Source: Azolla caroliniana (Eukaryota > Plantae > Polypodiophyta). Taken from it: 64,000 nt of DNA. The DNA is taken from positions 17,732,001 through 17,796,000 of the forward strand of contig JBHGNT010000003.1 of the NCBI GenBank assembly GCA_043228905.1, written 5' to 3'. The notes beneath the pieces were generated by a model. The model had not been told where the DNA came from. It ran no database searches and saw nothing but the letters and a program-made list of their open reading frames with translations. Both the position numbers and the translations under genes were made by a program. Below are positions 47,329 through 61,944 of the stretch, piece by piece; position 1 is the stretch's first letter, and each line of letters begins with the position of its first letter.

Positions 47329-50300
47329 TGAAGAGAATCAACTGGCCACAACCAGTTAACACGTATACAAATATGGGTGCAAAGACCGTGAATGACAGTA
47401 CACAGACAACCGAGAATAGAAATATAGAGACACAAGTGTTTTTTGCGTGGAAACCCCAAAACGGAAAAAACCATGGCGGTTCAGATTTACCCCAAAAACA
47501 AATGACTATATACAGAGAGAAATACAATGAGACTCGCAGGCACCGACCTCAAGCTCGTCATCGTCTAACAAACGGTGGCAGACTTACAACTCTCACTCAA
47601 TTACAGTGGCAACAACCAACTATCACTTTTCCACAATGATCATTCATTTCACTAACTACTTGCCCTAACTATATTTATACTCATCTACACTATATGAACT
47701 ATTTATAAATATAGCCCATTAAGGACACAATGATGCTATTTACAATTATAGCCAAAATCAATTATTATCTGATTTTTGATTAGTTGATTTTTTCGACTAA
47801 TTCACCTTGTGCTCTTTCCATCCAAAGTGACTAGTTTTCCCAACAAACTCCCCCTTCACTCTAGCATGGGGTGCTTCGTTAGTGTGACCTTTTATCGGTA
47901 TGCATTAAGCTTTTTTGCAGACAACGCATATCCGATCCATTGTTGTTCGTGTGGATCTTCACTAGAGCAAACTCCTTTTCTTCTACTCACTCTCAGAGCC
48001 AATGGTATCTCTTGTAGATGTGCTTGGTCCTCGAGTGGTAGGCAGTATTCTTCGCAAGGTGGATAACACTTTAGTTGTCACAGTAGAGTCACAATTTCTC
48101 CTCCCAAATTCCTAACTCTCTGATGAACTCCTTCATCTAGATTATTTCCTTGCCGACTTCTACAATAGCCATGTACTCTTCTTCCGTGGTTGACAATGCC
48201 ACGACCTTCTGCAACCTCAAATGCCACAAGAAGGCTCCCCATGCATAATGTTAGGTAACAGGTGGGAAGAGGAGCACGAGTCGAAGAAAAGGGAGCACCG
48301 AATCAGTTAACAACAACTCGGCCAAGGCCGATAAATCATTTACCGATTGTTCGATTCGGTCGTGGTTTAATAATAGAATCTGAATCGATTCGGCTAATAG
48401 CCGAATTGGTCGAAGCCGAATCGCCACTATATTTGTACATAGTGTTAATGTGCCCTTGTGGGCTATATTTGTAAATAGCTCACATAGTGTATATGAGTAT
48501 AAATATAGTTAGGGCAAGCATGTTGAATCACTAGAGCACCTTCGTCACGTATTTTTCTTGTGACAACCATAGAAACTTCTTTCTCCGATCCCAAACAATG
48601 TGCACACCCAAAATCTATTTTGCCAGACCCATATCCTTCACCACAAACAACTTGCTTAGGGACTTCTTCAAACTTCCAATTTTCTTTGGGTGTTGTCCGA
48701 CAATTAGCATGTCATCAACATACAACAAGAGGATGAGAAATTCTACTCCATCATATTTCGTAACAAAGACACAATGATCGGCTTGTCTCTTGTTGAAGCC
48801 ATGATACACCATGAAGGATTCAAATTTCTGATACCATTATCGGGGAGCAAACTTCAGTCCGTAAAGGCTCTTCCTCAACCGGCACACCAGGTTCTCCTTT
48901 CTCTTTTCTACAAATCCTTCTGGTTGATGAATGTATATCTCCTCCTCAAGATCACCATGCAAAAACGCCGTCTTGACATCCAATTGTTTGACTTCGAGAT
49001 CCATGCTAGCCATTATGCTCAACAACGTTCGGATGGATGTCATCTTCACTACTAGGGCAAATATTTCATCAAAATCCACATCCTTCTTCCGCTGAAAGCC
49101 TTTCACCACGATTCGGGCCTTGTATCTAGGTGGATTCCCACCATCTCTTGGTTTCAACTTATATATACCCAGTTATTTCAAAGTGCCTTCTTTCCTTTCA
49201 ACAACTCCATCAGCTCATATCTGTGGTTCTCATGCAAGGAATCCATCTTGTCTTGCATGGCACTGAACCACTTTCGGCTATGGGTATCGTTCTTAGCTTC
49301 CTCGAATCTTTCCGGTTCCCCCTCATCGGTTAACAACACATATTCTCTGTCCGAAAATCTCCAAGGGGGGGGGGGGGGGGGCTTCTCTCTCGTAGAGGGT
49401 ATCTCCTTCCTCAATTTGCAATAGTCGGCTCCGGATCGACCCCTTCTATCGGTGCTTCATCCGATTCGGATTCGGATCCTTGTCCGGCCGACTGCCTTCT
49501 TTTGACCGGTTCCCCTTATTCTTCAATCGACTCTCAACTTTGCCGATTGTCCACTAGACCGAGTGCTTCCTATCCGACTTCGATCAGATCAACTTGGCTC
49601 AAATCGATAGCTAGAGGCCTATTCTCGATTGACTGGGAGGCCGATCCTATCTTCTCCCTTTCCTAGTTAGCGATTGTCTTTTCTTCCATAAAGACAATGT
49701 CTTGGCTCCGATCACTTTCTTCTCGGCTAAGTCCCATAGCCAATAGCTGAATTCGTCGTCTTTGTATCCAAGAAGTATGCATGGTTGAGTTTTTGGATCC
49801 AAAATTCCCCTATGGTCCTTAGCAACATGCACGTAGGCAAGGTAGCCGAACACCCTTAGGTGTCAGTACAAGACGTCTTTGCCGGTCCACACCCTTTGTG
49901 GAATATTTCTATCCAATGGTGTTGTGCGTGATCTATTTATTAAGTACACTATCGTCATCAGTGTCTTGGATAACTTGGCATGTGCCAACATACTTCAGAC
50001 CCTCTCCATAATGGTCCGTTTCATCCTCTCAGCTAGCCCATTGAGCTCTGGCGTCTTCGGCACGATATAATTCAGTTAGATTCCCTTCACTCAACAGTAT
50101 TCTTCGAACGGTCCTCGGTATTCTCATCCGGTATGTGCTTGGATTGCTTTCAATTTCTGGCCAGTCTCCCTCTCGGCTCTCACTTGGAACTGCTTGAAGA
50201 CGGATAACACTTGGTTCGTGGTCTTCAAGATGGAAGCCCACACCTTCCGACTACAATCGTCACTGAAGGTCACAAAATATTGTGAGTTGGCATTTGACTT

Positions 50301-52230
50301 AGTATCTACATAGCATACGTCTGTATGCACGAGTTCCGATGACATTCTCTTCCTTGTCAGGGGCCTACTTCGGAAGGCGATTTTGTTCCGCTTGTTAGTC
50401 AAGCAATCGGTGCACCAGAAACCTCTTGTGCCATAGCTCACTGATAGTGTTGGATGCCATATTCGATTCTTCCCAACATATTTGGCCATGCATCAGGCTG
50501 ATAGCGTGCTAGTTTTCCTGGCCTGAGCCACAATCAAGCTCCCATTGTAGAACTTCATGACGCCATTCTAGATGCTACTTGTGTAGCCTTCGTCATTGAA
50601 CCGACCGACTGATATTAGATTAAGTTGAACTTTCGGAACGTGTCGGACATCCTTCAGCACTAGTCGGCACCTGATCAATGTCACCAGACACACATCTCCT
50701 ATGCCAACAATTCAGCATGCCCTTTCATTTCCTATCTTTACGAAACTGTGCTCTCAGGACTTTCGGTTGGGGGTCAGATGAAAAGATGCACCTGAATCGA
50801 TCACCCATGTCGATTTGTCATCGACAAGATTCACTTCGTTTTGCTCACGGATGAGCAATAGTTCCTCTTCACTTTCCGCGATTGCCGAAGTGTTCTCTTC
50901 TCTGAAATCTTCTTCAACTAAACACCGTCGCCCCCCTTATCCTTTGGGAAGCATCGGCAATTTTTCGGGAAGTGTCTCGGCTTCCCAAAATAGAAGCATG
51001 GGGGCCTTCCCCTTGACTTCGACCTAGTCTCTGACTTCTCCCGGCTCTGGGGACTTCTGTTTTGTTCTCTTACCCGATTCGTGTTAGCTTCTATGACTAA
51101 GACCTTTGGGTCGGAAATTGCCTCACTATCCTTCCGGTGAGCTTCTTCATTCAATAAGCTCGACTTCACCTTCTCCAGGGATAACTGTTTCCCTTCTAGT
51201 TCAACATTTCCCAATTTGACGATCAGTGTCTCCCAACTATCTTGAAGGGATCCCAATAATAATACTGCTAGTACCTGTTCAGTCAGAGGTACTTCTAGAG
51301 AGGTGGTCTGATTGATAAATCCCTAGACGGCATTTAGGTGCTCTGTCGTGCTGGAGCCATCTTGATATCATTGTTTGACGATCTTCCTGAACATTGAGAC
51401 TCTATTGACAACATTTTTGTTCTCGAACATAATGCTGAACTTCTCCCATCTGAGGACATTTTACTTGTTCTCTTTATTAAAGTTGTTGTATAAACTCATA
51501 TCTATAAAACACCTTATATATGCCACTGCCTTCATGTGCATCACTTCCCAAGTCGATGCATTGATCTTGTTGGGCTTGGTCTTCCCATATTGCACCGACA
51601 ACCAGAGATCCTTGCAGACGAGCATATCCCGCATCTTCAACTTCCACACTGAGTAGTTGGAGCTGGTTAGTTTGAACATGCCGCTAAATGAGTCTTCCAT
51701 CACTTTGATACCAGTTTGAAGAGAATCGACCGGCCACAACCGGTTAGCATGTATATGAATATGGGTGTAAAGATTGTGAATGACAGTACATACACAACTG
51801 AGAATAGAAATATAGAGACACAAGTGTTTTTTGCATGTAAACCGGAAAGGGAAAGAACCACAGGGTCCACAAACCCCATAAACAAATCACTATATAGAGA
51901 GAGGAATACAAGGATACTCTCAGGCACCGACCTCGAGCTCCTCTTCGTCTAACAAACAGTGGTAGAGTTACAACTCTCACTCACTCAGTTACAGTGGCAA
52001 CAACCAACTATCACTTTTCCACAATGATCATTCATTTCACTAAGTACTTGCCCTAACTATATTTATACTCATATACACTATAGGAGTTATTTAAAAATAT
52101 AGCCCACTAAGGGCACAATTATGCTATTTACCATTTTAGCAAAAATAGATTATTATCTGATTTTCGGTTAGTCAAGGTCAACTAATTCAACTTGTGATCT
52201 TCCCATCCGGAGTGACTAGTTTTCCCAACA
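47329..52230 (-). mobile_element. Ty1/copia element C (Tnt1/Tork-like), near full length, decayed
   Basis: LTRs 47329-47845 and 51717-52230; TSD GAAGT/AAAGT; PBS TGGTATCAAAG (minus, 51713-51703); PPT GAAGGGGGAG; gag (NYSVWKLKMRDML), protease, integrase, RT (LYVDDML), RNase H fragments. Confidence 0.92.
48249..48518 (+). repeat. truncated LTR of a C-related family, inserted antisense in C RT/RNase H
   Basis: Starts TGTTAGG; 48460-48518 is the reverse complement of C LTR sequence (CTTGCCCTAACTATATTTATACTCAT); adjacent RT sequence is deleted. Confidence 0.7.
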
Positions 52231-52385
52231 AAAGTTTCAAACTAGTGGGGGTGCATTCCTATTGCTCGAAGAGGAGTCAAAGCTCAGGAGGATGTTGGAA
52301 AGCCATTGAAGAGCCATCAAGTGGATTGTATTCCAACCAATGGTTCACCATGCCAAAGAAGAATGGGAGTACGCACTTCATCTAA
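52231..52385 (+). pseudogene. RT fragment of the fossil I-like gypsy (continuation of 47270-47328)
   Basis: EPSSGLYSNQWFTMPKKNGSTHFI vs element I EPSSAPYSNRWFTVPKKDGTLRFI. Confidence 0.75.
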
Positions 52386-52621
52386 GTAATATAATATTAT
52401 TATGTGCATAACCATAACTTATCATGAGATAGGTGTTCCATAGTTTTCCCTAATCTTATGATGAGTATGGGGGGTTAAGTTTGAAAGGAATGAGGGTATG
52501 AAGCGTGATATTCAATTTTATAGTGTGAGATAACTATTAGGTGTGTTATATCACTTGACCACTTCACATGATGTACTCAAAGTGTGAACGATTAGCACTT
52601 ATCAAGTGAAGAACACCCATT

Positions 52622-54662
52622 TGATGTAGGTAAGATGAACAAAGAAGAAGAACAGATTGTATAACAAAGACAACTCCACCATATACAAGATCAAAGATAG
52701 AGTGAGACAAAGAGAGAGAAACAAACAGAAAGGCACAAAACATAGTGTGACTGTATTATTGTCCAAAGTTACAATATGGCACAACAACAACAATGAACAA
52801 CCTGAACAACTAGAAGTAGGTTACAAAGCCAGTTATATACCAATTGGGCAAGGGCAAGTACCCTTTAACATATTTACATAATTTTCCTAAAACCTAGTGT
52901 GTCCAATAGAATAGTGTGAATACGTCCATTATACACCTATATTCGACACTCCCCCATAATGGACGTATACAACAAAAATCTGTAATAAAAAGGAGAATGA
53001 ACAAAAATATAGATTTATACAAGGTTTTTGGCAAGTCGTCTTTTTGTTCAAATCGGCAATATCTAGAAACGATAAGCTCGATCCATTGAAGCTGAAAGGG
53101 CAAAAGTCAAATCAGCTAGTTCAAAAGTGAGTTCCATTTAGAGGGTCTGAAGTTGAGTCGGCTATGCTGATTGCCAAATCTCAAAATGTCATTGTCGATT
53201 GTCTGAAACCATCCTGATTGTCCGACTCAATCAGATTGATTTCATTGAACGCCCATATGGTGCCAAAGAGACCGAAAACGGTCTGTTGGAAGACAATTTG
53301 GTCATCCCATCTGCGACCTTATCGGCTATGGATATTTTCTCAAGGCCAATTTTCTCGGAAATGACGCAATCCTGAACGAAGTGATACCTCAAGTCTATAT
53401 GCTTTGAGGTGTTGTGATGAACACAATTTCTTGAAAAAGGATAATACCTTTGATTGTCACTATAGACAATTGGAGCTAAATTGGAGTCAGCTTGTCGAAA
53501 CATGCGCGCTAATCGACCGAGCCATAAGGCCTCTTTCATCGTGTCAAACGCGACTACATATTCAGCCTCAGTTGTTGAAGTGGTTGTGCACTTTTGTAGT
53601 TTCGACTTCCACGAGATTGCTCTATGGCCAAATTTGAAGCAGTATCTGGTTGTCGACTTTGGGTTGTCTAGGCAGCCAGCAAAGTCCGAGTCAGTGTATC
53701 AAACTACGCCTGAAGTCTTGTTCGGGCCGAATTGGATGTCATAGTCTTTTATGCCCACTAGATATATGAACACGTGCTTTATTGAATTCCAATGCAATGG
53801 GCCAGGATTTTGCATAAATGTGCTGACGATGGTTATGGCTTGAGCTAAGTCCGGTCGTGTGGTGACCGTCGCATACATTAAGGAGCCGACAGCCGGTGCG
53901 TATGGCACCAACTTCATAATTTCCCCCTCTAGACCAGATGTCAGGCTACCCTTCTAAGATAGCCGAAGGCTAATTGGGAGTGGCGTCAAAGCAGATTTTG
54001 CCGATTGCATGTTGAAGCATTCTAAGACAAATCTAATGTAGTCAGCTTGCGACAGAAGTAGTTGTCGCTGATTCCGAAACTGACTAATCCTCGTCCCTAG
54101 AATGTGTCTTGCCAGACCGAGGTCCTTCATGGCAAACTTCAACTGCAGTTTCCGAACAAGTTCGGTGAGCTCTCCAGCATGCCGTCCAGACTATAACATG
54201 TCGTCCACCTAGATGATCAGGAAGATGGGAAACACATCTTGAGTTGTTTTGGTGAAGACGTAGTGGTCCTCATAACTCTTTCAGAAGCCAAACAATTGGA
54301 TGAAGTCTTTGAGCTTCTTATACCATTGTCAGGGTGCCTACTTCAGGCGATATAGACTCTTCCTGAGCCGGTAAACTAGATGTTCCTGTCTGGATACCAT
54401 AAAGCGTTTCGACTACTCCATATAAATGTCCCCTCTAGGTCACCATGGAGGAATGCCGTTTTGACATCTACCTAGATTAACTCTAAGTCCTCAGCTGCCA
54501 CAACGCCGAGTATGGAGTGAAGGGTGTTCATTTTCACCACCGATGAGAAGATTTCATCGAAATCGATGTCGTATTCTTGTTGAAACCCTTTTGTTACTAA
54601 TCTGGCCTTGAATTTTGGGTTGGTTGAATTAGATCTCTCATTTAGTTCATAGACCCACTTGC
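52622..54662 (-). mobile_element. 5'-truncated Ty1/copia element L (RT, RNase H, 3' LTR)
   Basis: Minus strand KWVY, MKDLG, VPYAPAVGSLMYA, YTDSDFAG and SKHID motifs; G-rich PPT, then LTR TGTCGA at 52948; far LTR end (~52622) uncertain. Confidence 0.8.
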
Positions 54663-54805
54663 TATTGAATATAAATATGATGCGGAAGGATATCTGAGGA
54701 TTTGTAAGAAGATGTGCACACCAAACAACACAGACAGAGTATAGATATGCAAGAATGTAAAAGTTAAGGTAGACACGATTTACCTCTAATGGTAAACTCT
54801 TTTAT

Positions 54806-54860
<55 letters not shown>

Positions 54861-55695
54861 TAAGATTCTCTACCCAATGTTATGGTTGGGTTTATATATG
54901 TTAAAGCTCTAACTCGAAGATGTTTTCATACTAAGGATACAAATTGGAAGGGGTCGGCCTTTTATGCCCACAAACTCCCCCCTAAAAGGGCTACTCTTCC
55001 TATGGATACAAATAATTGGGGCTATCTTCCCCGTGAACCTAGATTATAGTTTTGATCTAAAGTTACCACAGTTATAGACTCGGCCAAATGTCGGTTTCGG
55101 CCGAGTCTATAGTGGTAAAGTCGGAATCTAGCCTAATTTGGCTAGTCATCCGGATCGTATGTCATCCGGGTCTCCTTGTCTGAGTTGATTGGATTGACTT
55201 CTTCGGATCATGTTTCGTCCGAATTGGCTCATTCGTTTGGATCATTTCTTGCCCGATCTTGATTGTCGGCCTCTAGTCAATTGTTTACTTCCCGCTCGCG
55301 CTTGCTCCTATGCTCCTCGTTGGATCCTCGATTTGTCTTTAGATTCATGCATTGCTCAATCGTCTCCTCTCTAGTTGATATCCTCTCTTAGCGATGCGTT
55401 TTCAACCTCTCGGTATTGGATAAAAGCATGTGAATGGAAACACTATTATAGCTAATTAGCTACTAATTTGGCCATAGCTATTGAGCTATTTGTTTGGCTA
55501 TTTTTTCGTGCGGAAATCATAAGGATCATTTATGAATTTTGTTTGCTTTATTACTCAAAAGTTTGCTTTATTACATGTCATTTATTATGGTGAATAGGTA
55601 ATTTAGGGGAATACTAAAATATTTGAACTTAGGTTTCTAATGTAGTGGAACCTAGGTAATAGTGCTCTCATCTAAACTTGACTTGAATGTCAACA
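54663..55695 (-). mobile_element. probable solo LTR truncating element L
   Basis: TATTGA...TCAACA ends; CTTCCGCAT motif near the minus-strand 3' end; TATATAAA and (GA)n; no TSD found. Confidence 0.45.
54808..54856. repeat. (CT)n microsatellite
   Basis: Pure CT run. Confidence 0.95.
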
Positions 55696-55883
55696 AAGTC
55701 ATGCTAATCCTGAGTTTGAGTTCAAAATCCAAATAGATGGAGTACTTTGAGCACGAAGCAAACGAAGCTCCCGCAGCAGCACAAACACTTTGATATCAAC
55801 ATTGCACCTTGAAAGCACCAACACACCACCATTTATATCCTCGTCCAAGTATGTATCAGTTACACATTACATGCATTAAAAAA

Positions 55884-58800
55884 TGTTGAGTGGACAAGCT
55901 CAACCAGATCTGGATCAAAGTCCGAAATGAAGAACCAGATCGGTGTTTGGATGGTATCCGGAACCATGAGCCAGACAAAAGAGTTGGATCAGATTGTAAC
56001 TAGTTCCATTAAATATGTGTTTATTCTCTATGGCTGTCTGGTGTAACCGGTTTTGTCAAAACTTCCGCATATTAACTTTTACATGGTATCCTCTACTACC
56101 GACGAGTGACACTCATAGACAAACCCTAACGCCCGGTCAAAGTTCGAACGGAGCAACTATACATCTTGGTTGTATAAAATGCACCAATACCTGCTAGGGC
56201 ATGGATACTGGAGATACGTGGAAGGAACGAATGAAGTAGCACCGGATTTGGCACACAAGGACTTCCCGATATGGGAGCTAGGAGCGAGGAGAGTGTTGTA
56301 CTGCCTCGCATCCTGTATGCACGACCAGATGCTTGGCTACATCAGAGATGCAAAATCACTAACGGAGTACCACGGCTTGGAAGTTGCAGCTCCCCCAAGA
56401 GCTCAACAGTATCCATCAACGGGACATGTTGGTCACCGACTACACCACTAAGATCAAGGAGATCTGAAAGGATGAGATGGTCCAGATCTACCACGATGGT
56501 CTCGCACACCGGTACGGGCCAATCCAGACGACAATTTGCACCCGAGAGAAGCCATCATCCTTCTTCAATCTGGAATCGATGCTCATGGTCCAAGAAAACC
56601 ATGCGCGTGGGTCGGACTACTGAATTGGATAGCCGGATGTTGTACACAGAGGCGGATCGGCCCCTAGGTGTGGGGAACGAGGTGGGTCGACACACAATGG
56701 AGGCGGTTGGCAAGAGCAGAATCGAAGGCATAGAGATAGTGTCGATAACAGTTCTGGACCCTCCACGAGCAAGGGGAGTCAAAGCGATGCCGAAAACCGG
56801 CAAGGGAAGGCCGACAGTGGCAAGAAAGGCCACCGTGAGAACAACTGTTGGAAGAAGCATGCCAATTCGGATAAATCTGGATCTGGCAAGGCTGCACAAG
56901 GGAACCGACAAAGCTCGCACTAAGTAGAAGGATCAAAAAGATCTGGAACCGAAAGGACCGGAAAAGGGCTAGCCTTCGTGATGAAGCACAAGGCGAACTC
57001 GATGAAGAAGACCATTTCCAGATCGGAGGAAGTGTGGTATGTTGACTCCAGAGTGTCTAACCACATGACGAACCGCAAAGAGTGGTTCTCATTTCTGGAA
57101 AAGCCCGAGCAACCGGGAGTTGTCAAGACCGGAGACGACACTCCTCACCTGATAGTGCATGTCGGAGAGGTTCCCCTGAGTCATGTTGGACATTTAAAGG
57201 GGAAGCTTATGAACGTGCTTCACGTCCCGACAATCACAAAGAACCTGGTGTCAGTCGGTTAGATCATTGACCAGAGGATGCAGGTGCGGTTTACAGATCT
57301 CGGGTGCCTCATTGAGGAAGAAGGCCGGATAATTGCGCAAGGCCACCGAGACGGGAGGATGTTTATCCTCGACACCAACAACATCGTTACTGCTATGTTT
57401 GCCAAAGGACAAAAGATTGAATCCGACATTGATCTTTGGCTCAAGCGGATCGGCCAGTCAACTAATGGAGGCTTCAGGACCTGCAATTGAAACACGTTGT
57501 TTTTGGATTGCCAAAATTCGGTGGCCGCAAGACCCAAATATGTGAAGCCTACCAACTTGCTAAGTAACACCGGCTTCCATTCCTCACCGAAAGAAACCGG
57601 AGCCGTAAAAAGCTTGTTCAAATACATTCAGACGTATGGGGACTGGCATAGAAAGTTAGTCTTGGCAGGAGCCCATATTTCGTCTCCTTCATCACAGCCG
57701 ACACATGTGGATCTACCTCATCGAGAAGAAAAGTGACGTTTTTTATTGTTTCCAGGAGCTGGAAAGTCTTGTTGAACGGGAAACAGAGAGGAAGATCGAA
57801 GTGCCTACGGTCGGATGGTAGAAAATAATACTTTTCTGGCCAATTCAACAATTATCTGCAACAGATAGGAATTCTGAGAGAATTTAGTTGCAGATACACA
57901 CCGTAACAAAATGGTGCTGATGAAAGAAAGACTTGGTCGATTGTTGACAGCGCACAGGCAATACTGGAGGAGAAGAGCATTCCCAAGTTCTACTGGGCTG
58001 AAGCGGTCTAGACGGCCATCTACATTCAAAACCGTATCGAGATAAGGTGTCAGCAGACGAGCCATATTTCGGTGAAAGCTGAATCTAAGGCACCTTAGGA
58101 TATTTCATAGCATTGCAGATGTGCATGTGCCGGATGAGAAGCGGAGAAATCTGAACCCAAAGTCAGAGAAGTGCATCCTAGTCTGCCACTCACATGAGAA
58201 AAAGGGTTACAAGTGCTATAACCCCCAGACAAAGATAGTCCAAGTAAGCTGAGATGTCGAGTTTGAGGAATCGCATCATGGTACTGCCTACTGACTCCAA
58301 CCCGATTCCAGAAGATGAGGCCATTGAGCCTGAAACAATCCGGGCAGAAGATAACGAACGATTCAGTAGTTTGGACGAGAGTCCGATCTCATTCCGGTTA
58401 ATTGGGCTGAATGAGCAACTAAGTCGAAATGACTAGTTTGATGAAGAGTTGGCGAGTAGTGGAGACTCAACTATGCTTTCACCGCACAAGGAACCGAGGA
58501 GACAGTTCATGCGCAAAGAAAAAGGGAAGAAGAAGATGTCGAAAGACGACACCGGCAGAGACAAGTCGGATAGAAGCGAATCTGACTCTGGAAACAACGA
58601 AGACAGACCTTCGGGAACGAAGTCGGAGTCAGCCAAGAGGTCCTTGCAATCGACGAACGCGAAGTTACACTGATCGACCCGCCGGAAGAACCCCTTCAAA
58701 TGGTATGGGTATAACAAGTACATGGCACATCACTATGTATACATGACGAAGGTGGTGGAAGTGTGTGAGCCGGGGAGGTACGCAGAAGCAGCAAAAGACA

Positions 58801-61122
58801 CATAATGGCATGCCGCTATGGAGGAAGAGATATGGGCACTCGATGCTAATGACACATGGGACCTGGTTGACCCTACCCGACCTTGCAAACCAATTGGTTG
58901 CAAGTGGGTGTACAAGGCAAAGTATAATGTTGACGATTCGGTCAACTGATACAAGGCCCAGTTAGTGGGCAAAGGATATGCACAAACCCACGGAATCGAC
59001 TACGACGAGACCTTTGCTTCGGTTGCGAAGATGACGATGGTTCGTGTAGTGCTGGCGGTTGCTACGACAACCCAATAGATGTGAACAATGTGTTTCTTCA
59101 AGGTAAACTTGAAGAACAGGTCTACATGATCCAACCCCCCTATTTTCAGTCGGAGATGAACAAGTCGACAGTTTGTTGACTCAAAAAGTCCCTTTACAGC
59201 TTGAAGTAAGCCCTCGTGCTTGGAATTCGAACATCATGCTTCGGTCGCGTAAGATGGGGTTTTCGGACTTGCCAATGTTCATCTAGAACCGTCCAGAAGG
59301 TCTGGTATGTATTCTGATATATGTGGATGATTTGGTCATCATTGGACCCAGACTTGCTGAAATCGGCCGAGTGAAATCCTAATTGTCGGATGCATTCGAA
59401 ATGAAGGACCTGGGGGACCTTCATTATTTCCTCTGATGGCATATTCGTCTCAAAATGACATTATGTACTGAATATGTTGTACAAGTTCAGCATGACGGAT
59501 TGCCTTATCTATTCAACGATCATCCAACCCAACATTAGCTATTTGATCGGAGCGATCAACCAATTCATGCAGAAGCCAACCGTGGAGCACCGTTAGTGCG
59601 TGCACGGAATACTGAGGTACGTTAGCGGCACTAAGGACCAGGTATTGTTATACCGACATGGTATAATCGAAAAGCTAGTCGGATATACGGATGCCGACTG
59701 GGCCGGAGATGCATCAGATCGGCGGTCCACTTCCGGATTCATGTTCTCTATTGGTAGCATGGCTGTTGCGTGGAGTAGCAAGAGGCAACCGATAGGGGCT
59801 CTATCGAGCACTGAGGCTGAGTACCGTGGAGCTACCGTTGCCACCTATGAAGCCATCTGGCTTTTGTGCCTGCTGCAAGACCTCCAGATTGAATTATCGA
59901 CTCCGATCCCAATCTACTATGACAACATGAGCAACATGCAGCTGGCCAAGAACCCTGTGTTCCATGCTCGGATGAAGCACATAGAAGTGCATTATCACTT
60001 TGTGCATGAGCAGGTCCTCACCGGTGAAGTAGAACTCTAGTATGTTCGGACGAATCGACAAGTTGCCAACATCTTCACGAAGGCCCTTGGAATTGACAAG
60101 TTGCAACATTTTTCGGTGATGCTTGGTCTTCAACATCTCGACATGCCACACTTAAGGGGGAGAACTGGAACTGGAACGGAAACCGGGAAAACAGGAAATG
60201 GCACCGGACAAGCAGCTGGAGAGAAGGAAACAAATGAAGCAGGGGGAGTCGACTGAAGAATTCGGCGCATCCGAACAAGTCGGAACAAGCGGTGATGGCA
60301 GCAAAGTCAAGAAGGACAACGTCGACCGGAAGAAGAAGGCCAAGACCCGGACATGATCTGATGTGGCAAAGGGCCTGAAGACTGATGAAGAATTGGAGAT
60401 AGCCAATTCGAACAAGAGCTGGAATGAATTGGATGCACCCGATTCGGAAGAGGTGGTTGATTCAGATCAGCCGGATCAACTCAAGGCCAAACGGTTGAGG
60501 AGGTAGCGGAAATCGACACCGACACGAAGGAACCGACGGGTAGAGAAGGGCCTTATGAGCAGACAAGCCCACAGAGAAGGTCGAGGAGCACAGAGCCAAA
60601 CAGGTCAAGGAAAGCAGGACTGGACTGGACGAGGACTCCGTGCCAGGCGGGAGGACGCTAGGAGGAGCCGGAGAAGAGGACCAGCTACCACAAACACTAA
60701 CACTGCGATCTGACCTCAAGTTGAGCTTGAGGGGGAATGTTGAGAGGACAAGCTCAACCGGATCCGGATCGACTGAACAAGCCAGAATTGGATCAGAGTT
60801 TGGAGCGAAGAATGGGATCAGTATCTAGATGGTATCTAGAACTATGAGTTGGATCGGATTGTAACTGGTAAGCCATTAGAGGCCTACGAATCTAACCTAG
60901 TACATATGCATATTTTTAGGTTTCAGTGTTGGTGGCACGTATGAGCATTGAAGTACTTGTCAGTACTTCTATCAGTCCTTTTGAAGGACTTGTATAAAAC
61001 TGCTCACTGAGCACATTGTATGTACAGAGTGTTATTCTAAGCTTTCATTAAAACTATGTTTATTCTTTGTTGCTATCCAGTGTAACCGGTTTTGTCAAAG
61101 CTTCCACATATTAACTTTTACA
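55884..61122 (+). mobile_element. Ty1/copia element K (A/F family), near full length, decayed
   Basis: 5' LTR 55884-56083 (internally deleted); PBS remnant TGGTATC at 56084; gag, PR (WYVDS), INT, RT, RNase H ORF 59600-60040; PPT TTGAGGGGGAA; 3' LTR 60738-61122; TSD weak (AAAAA/AAAGC). Confidence 0.9.
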
Positions 61123-61527
61123 AAAGCTCTTATTGTTTTTCCTTTCTAATAACAACAACTGTCTTGCATGTTCATCTTTTATAAAAAAAGATTAGGGAGA
61201 AGTCATTGGAATCCTAGACAAGGATGTCTCAAAGATTGAGTTGTGGTAGTAGGTGTGTTTCTGATTGACAAGAATTTGGATTAGGGTTGATTTCATACAT
61301 ATTTCAGATTAGGGTTTTTGATTAAGGTTTTTGATTAGGGTTTTTTATTTCTTGAAGCGGTTGATTTCTAATTATGGTTGAAAATTTCAGATTTAAGGTT
61401 GTAATTTTGTACCAATTCATATTTCTAATTCCAATGGTTGTGTATGCAAACTTCCCCCAAACTTGATTTAGGATTTTGATGCATGTGCCTGATTTTTTAT
61501 TTTTTATTCTTCCTTACCAATTTTGAT

Positions 61528-61944
61528 TGTTACCGTACGAGGTGTACGGGTGATTGATAAGTGTGATAAGTGAGGGTAAAAGATGTAATGTATGTGTAAT
61601 TGTTGTCCATAGGCCAGAAATATAAATTAATTAAATGTAATAGGTCGGTAGGTAAGGCGAGTAGGTAAGGTAGAGTTAGGTAAACGCCGAGTTTCGAGCC
61701 TCACAGTCAAGCAACCGCTCGGCTTTGTATGAAGAAAAAGAAAAAGTATATAAACCGAGGTCTGCATACCTCGGCAGGGGGGAGATATCTAGAGCCTAGG
61801 TGAGGTCGTTTCATAGTTATAAGAGCTTTGTAAGGTCACTGGCTGTGGGCCGTGTTTTTGTAATCATCGCTAACTGTTTGCAGTAATACATATCTATTAG
61901 CTCTTGTTGTTTTCATCTGTGGGCTGTCATTTCTAAGGTCAACA
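61528..61944 (+). mobile_element. possible solo LTR
   Basis: TGTTACC...GTCAACA ends; internal TATATAAA; GC shift against the AT-rich flanks; no matching TSD. Confidence 0.35.

Noticed and set aside
49365-49381. Poly-G tract as G-quadruplex or regulatory site
   Set aside because: Homopolymer expansion in decayed copia C coding sequence; possibly a sequencing artefact.
61278-61345. Interstitial telomere repeats (TTAGGG)
   Set aside because: Only 3-4 scattered GATTAGGGTT motifs, not a tandem TTTAGGG array.
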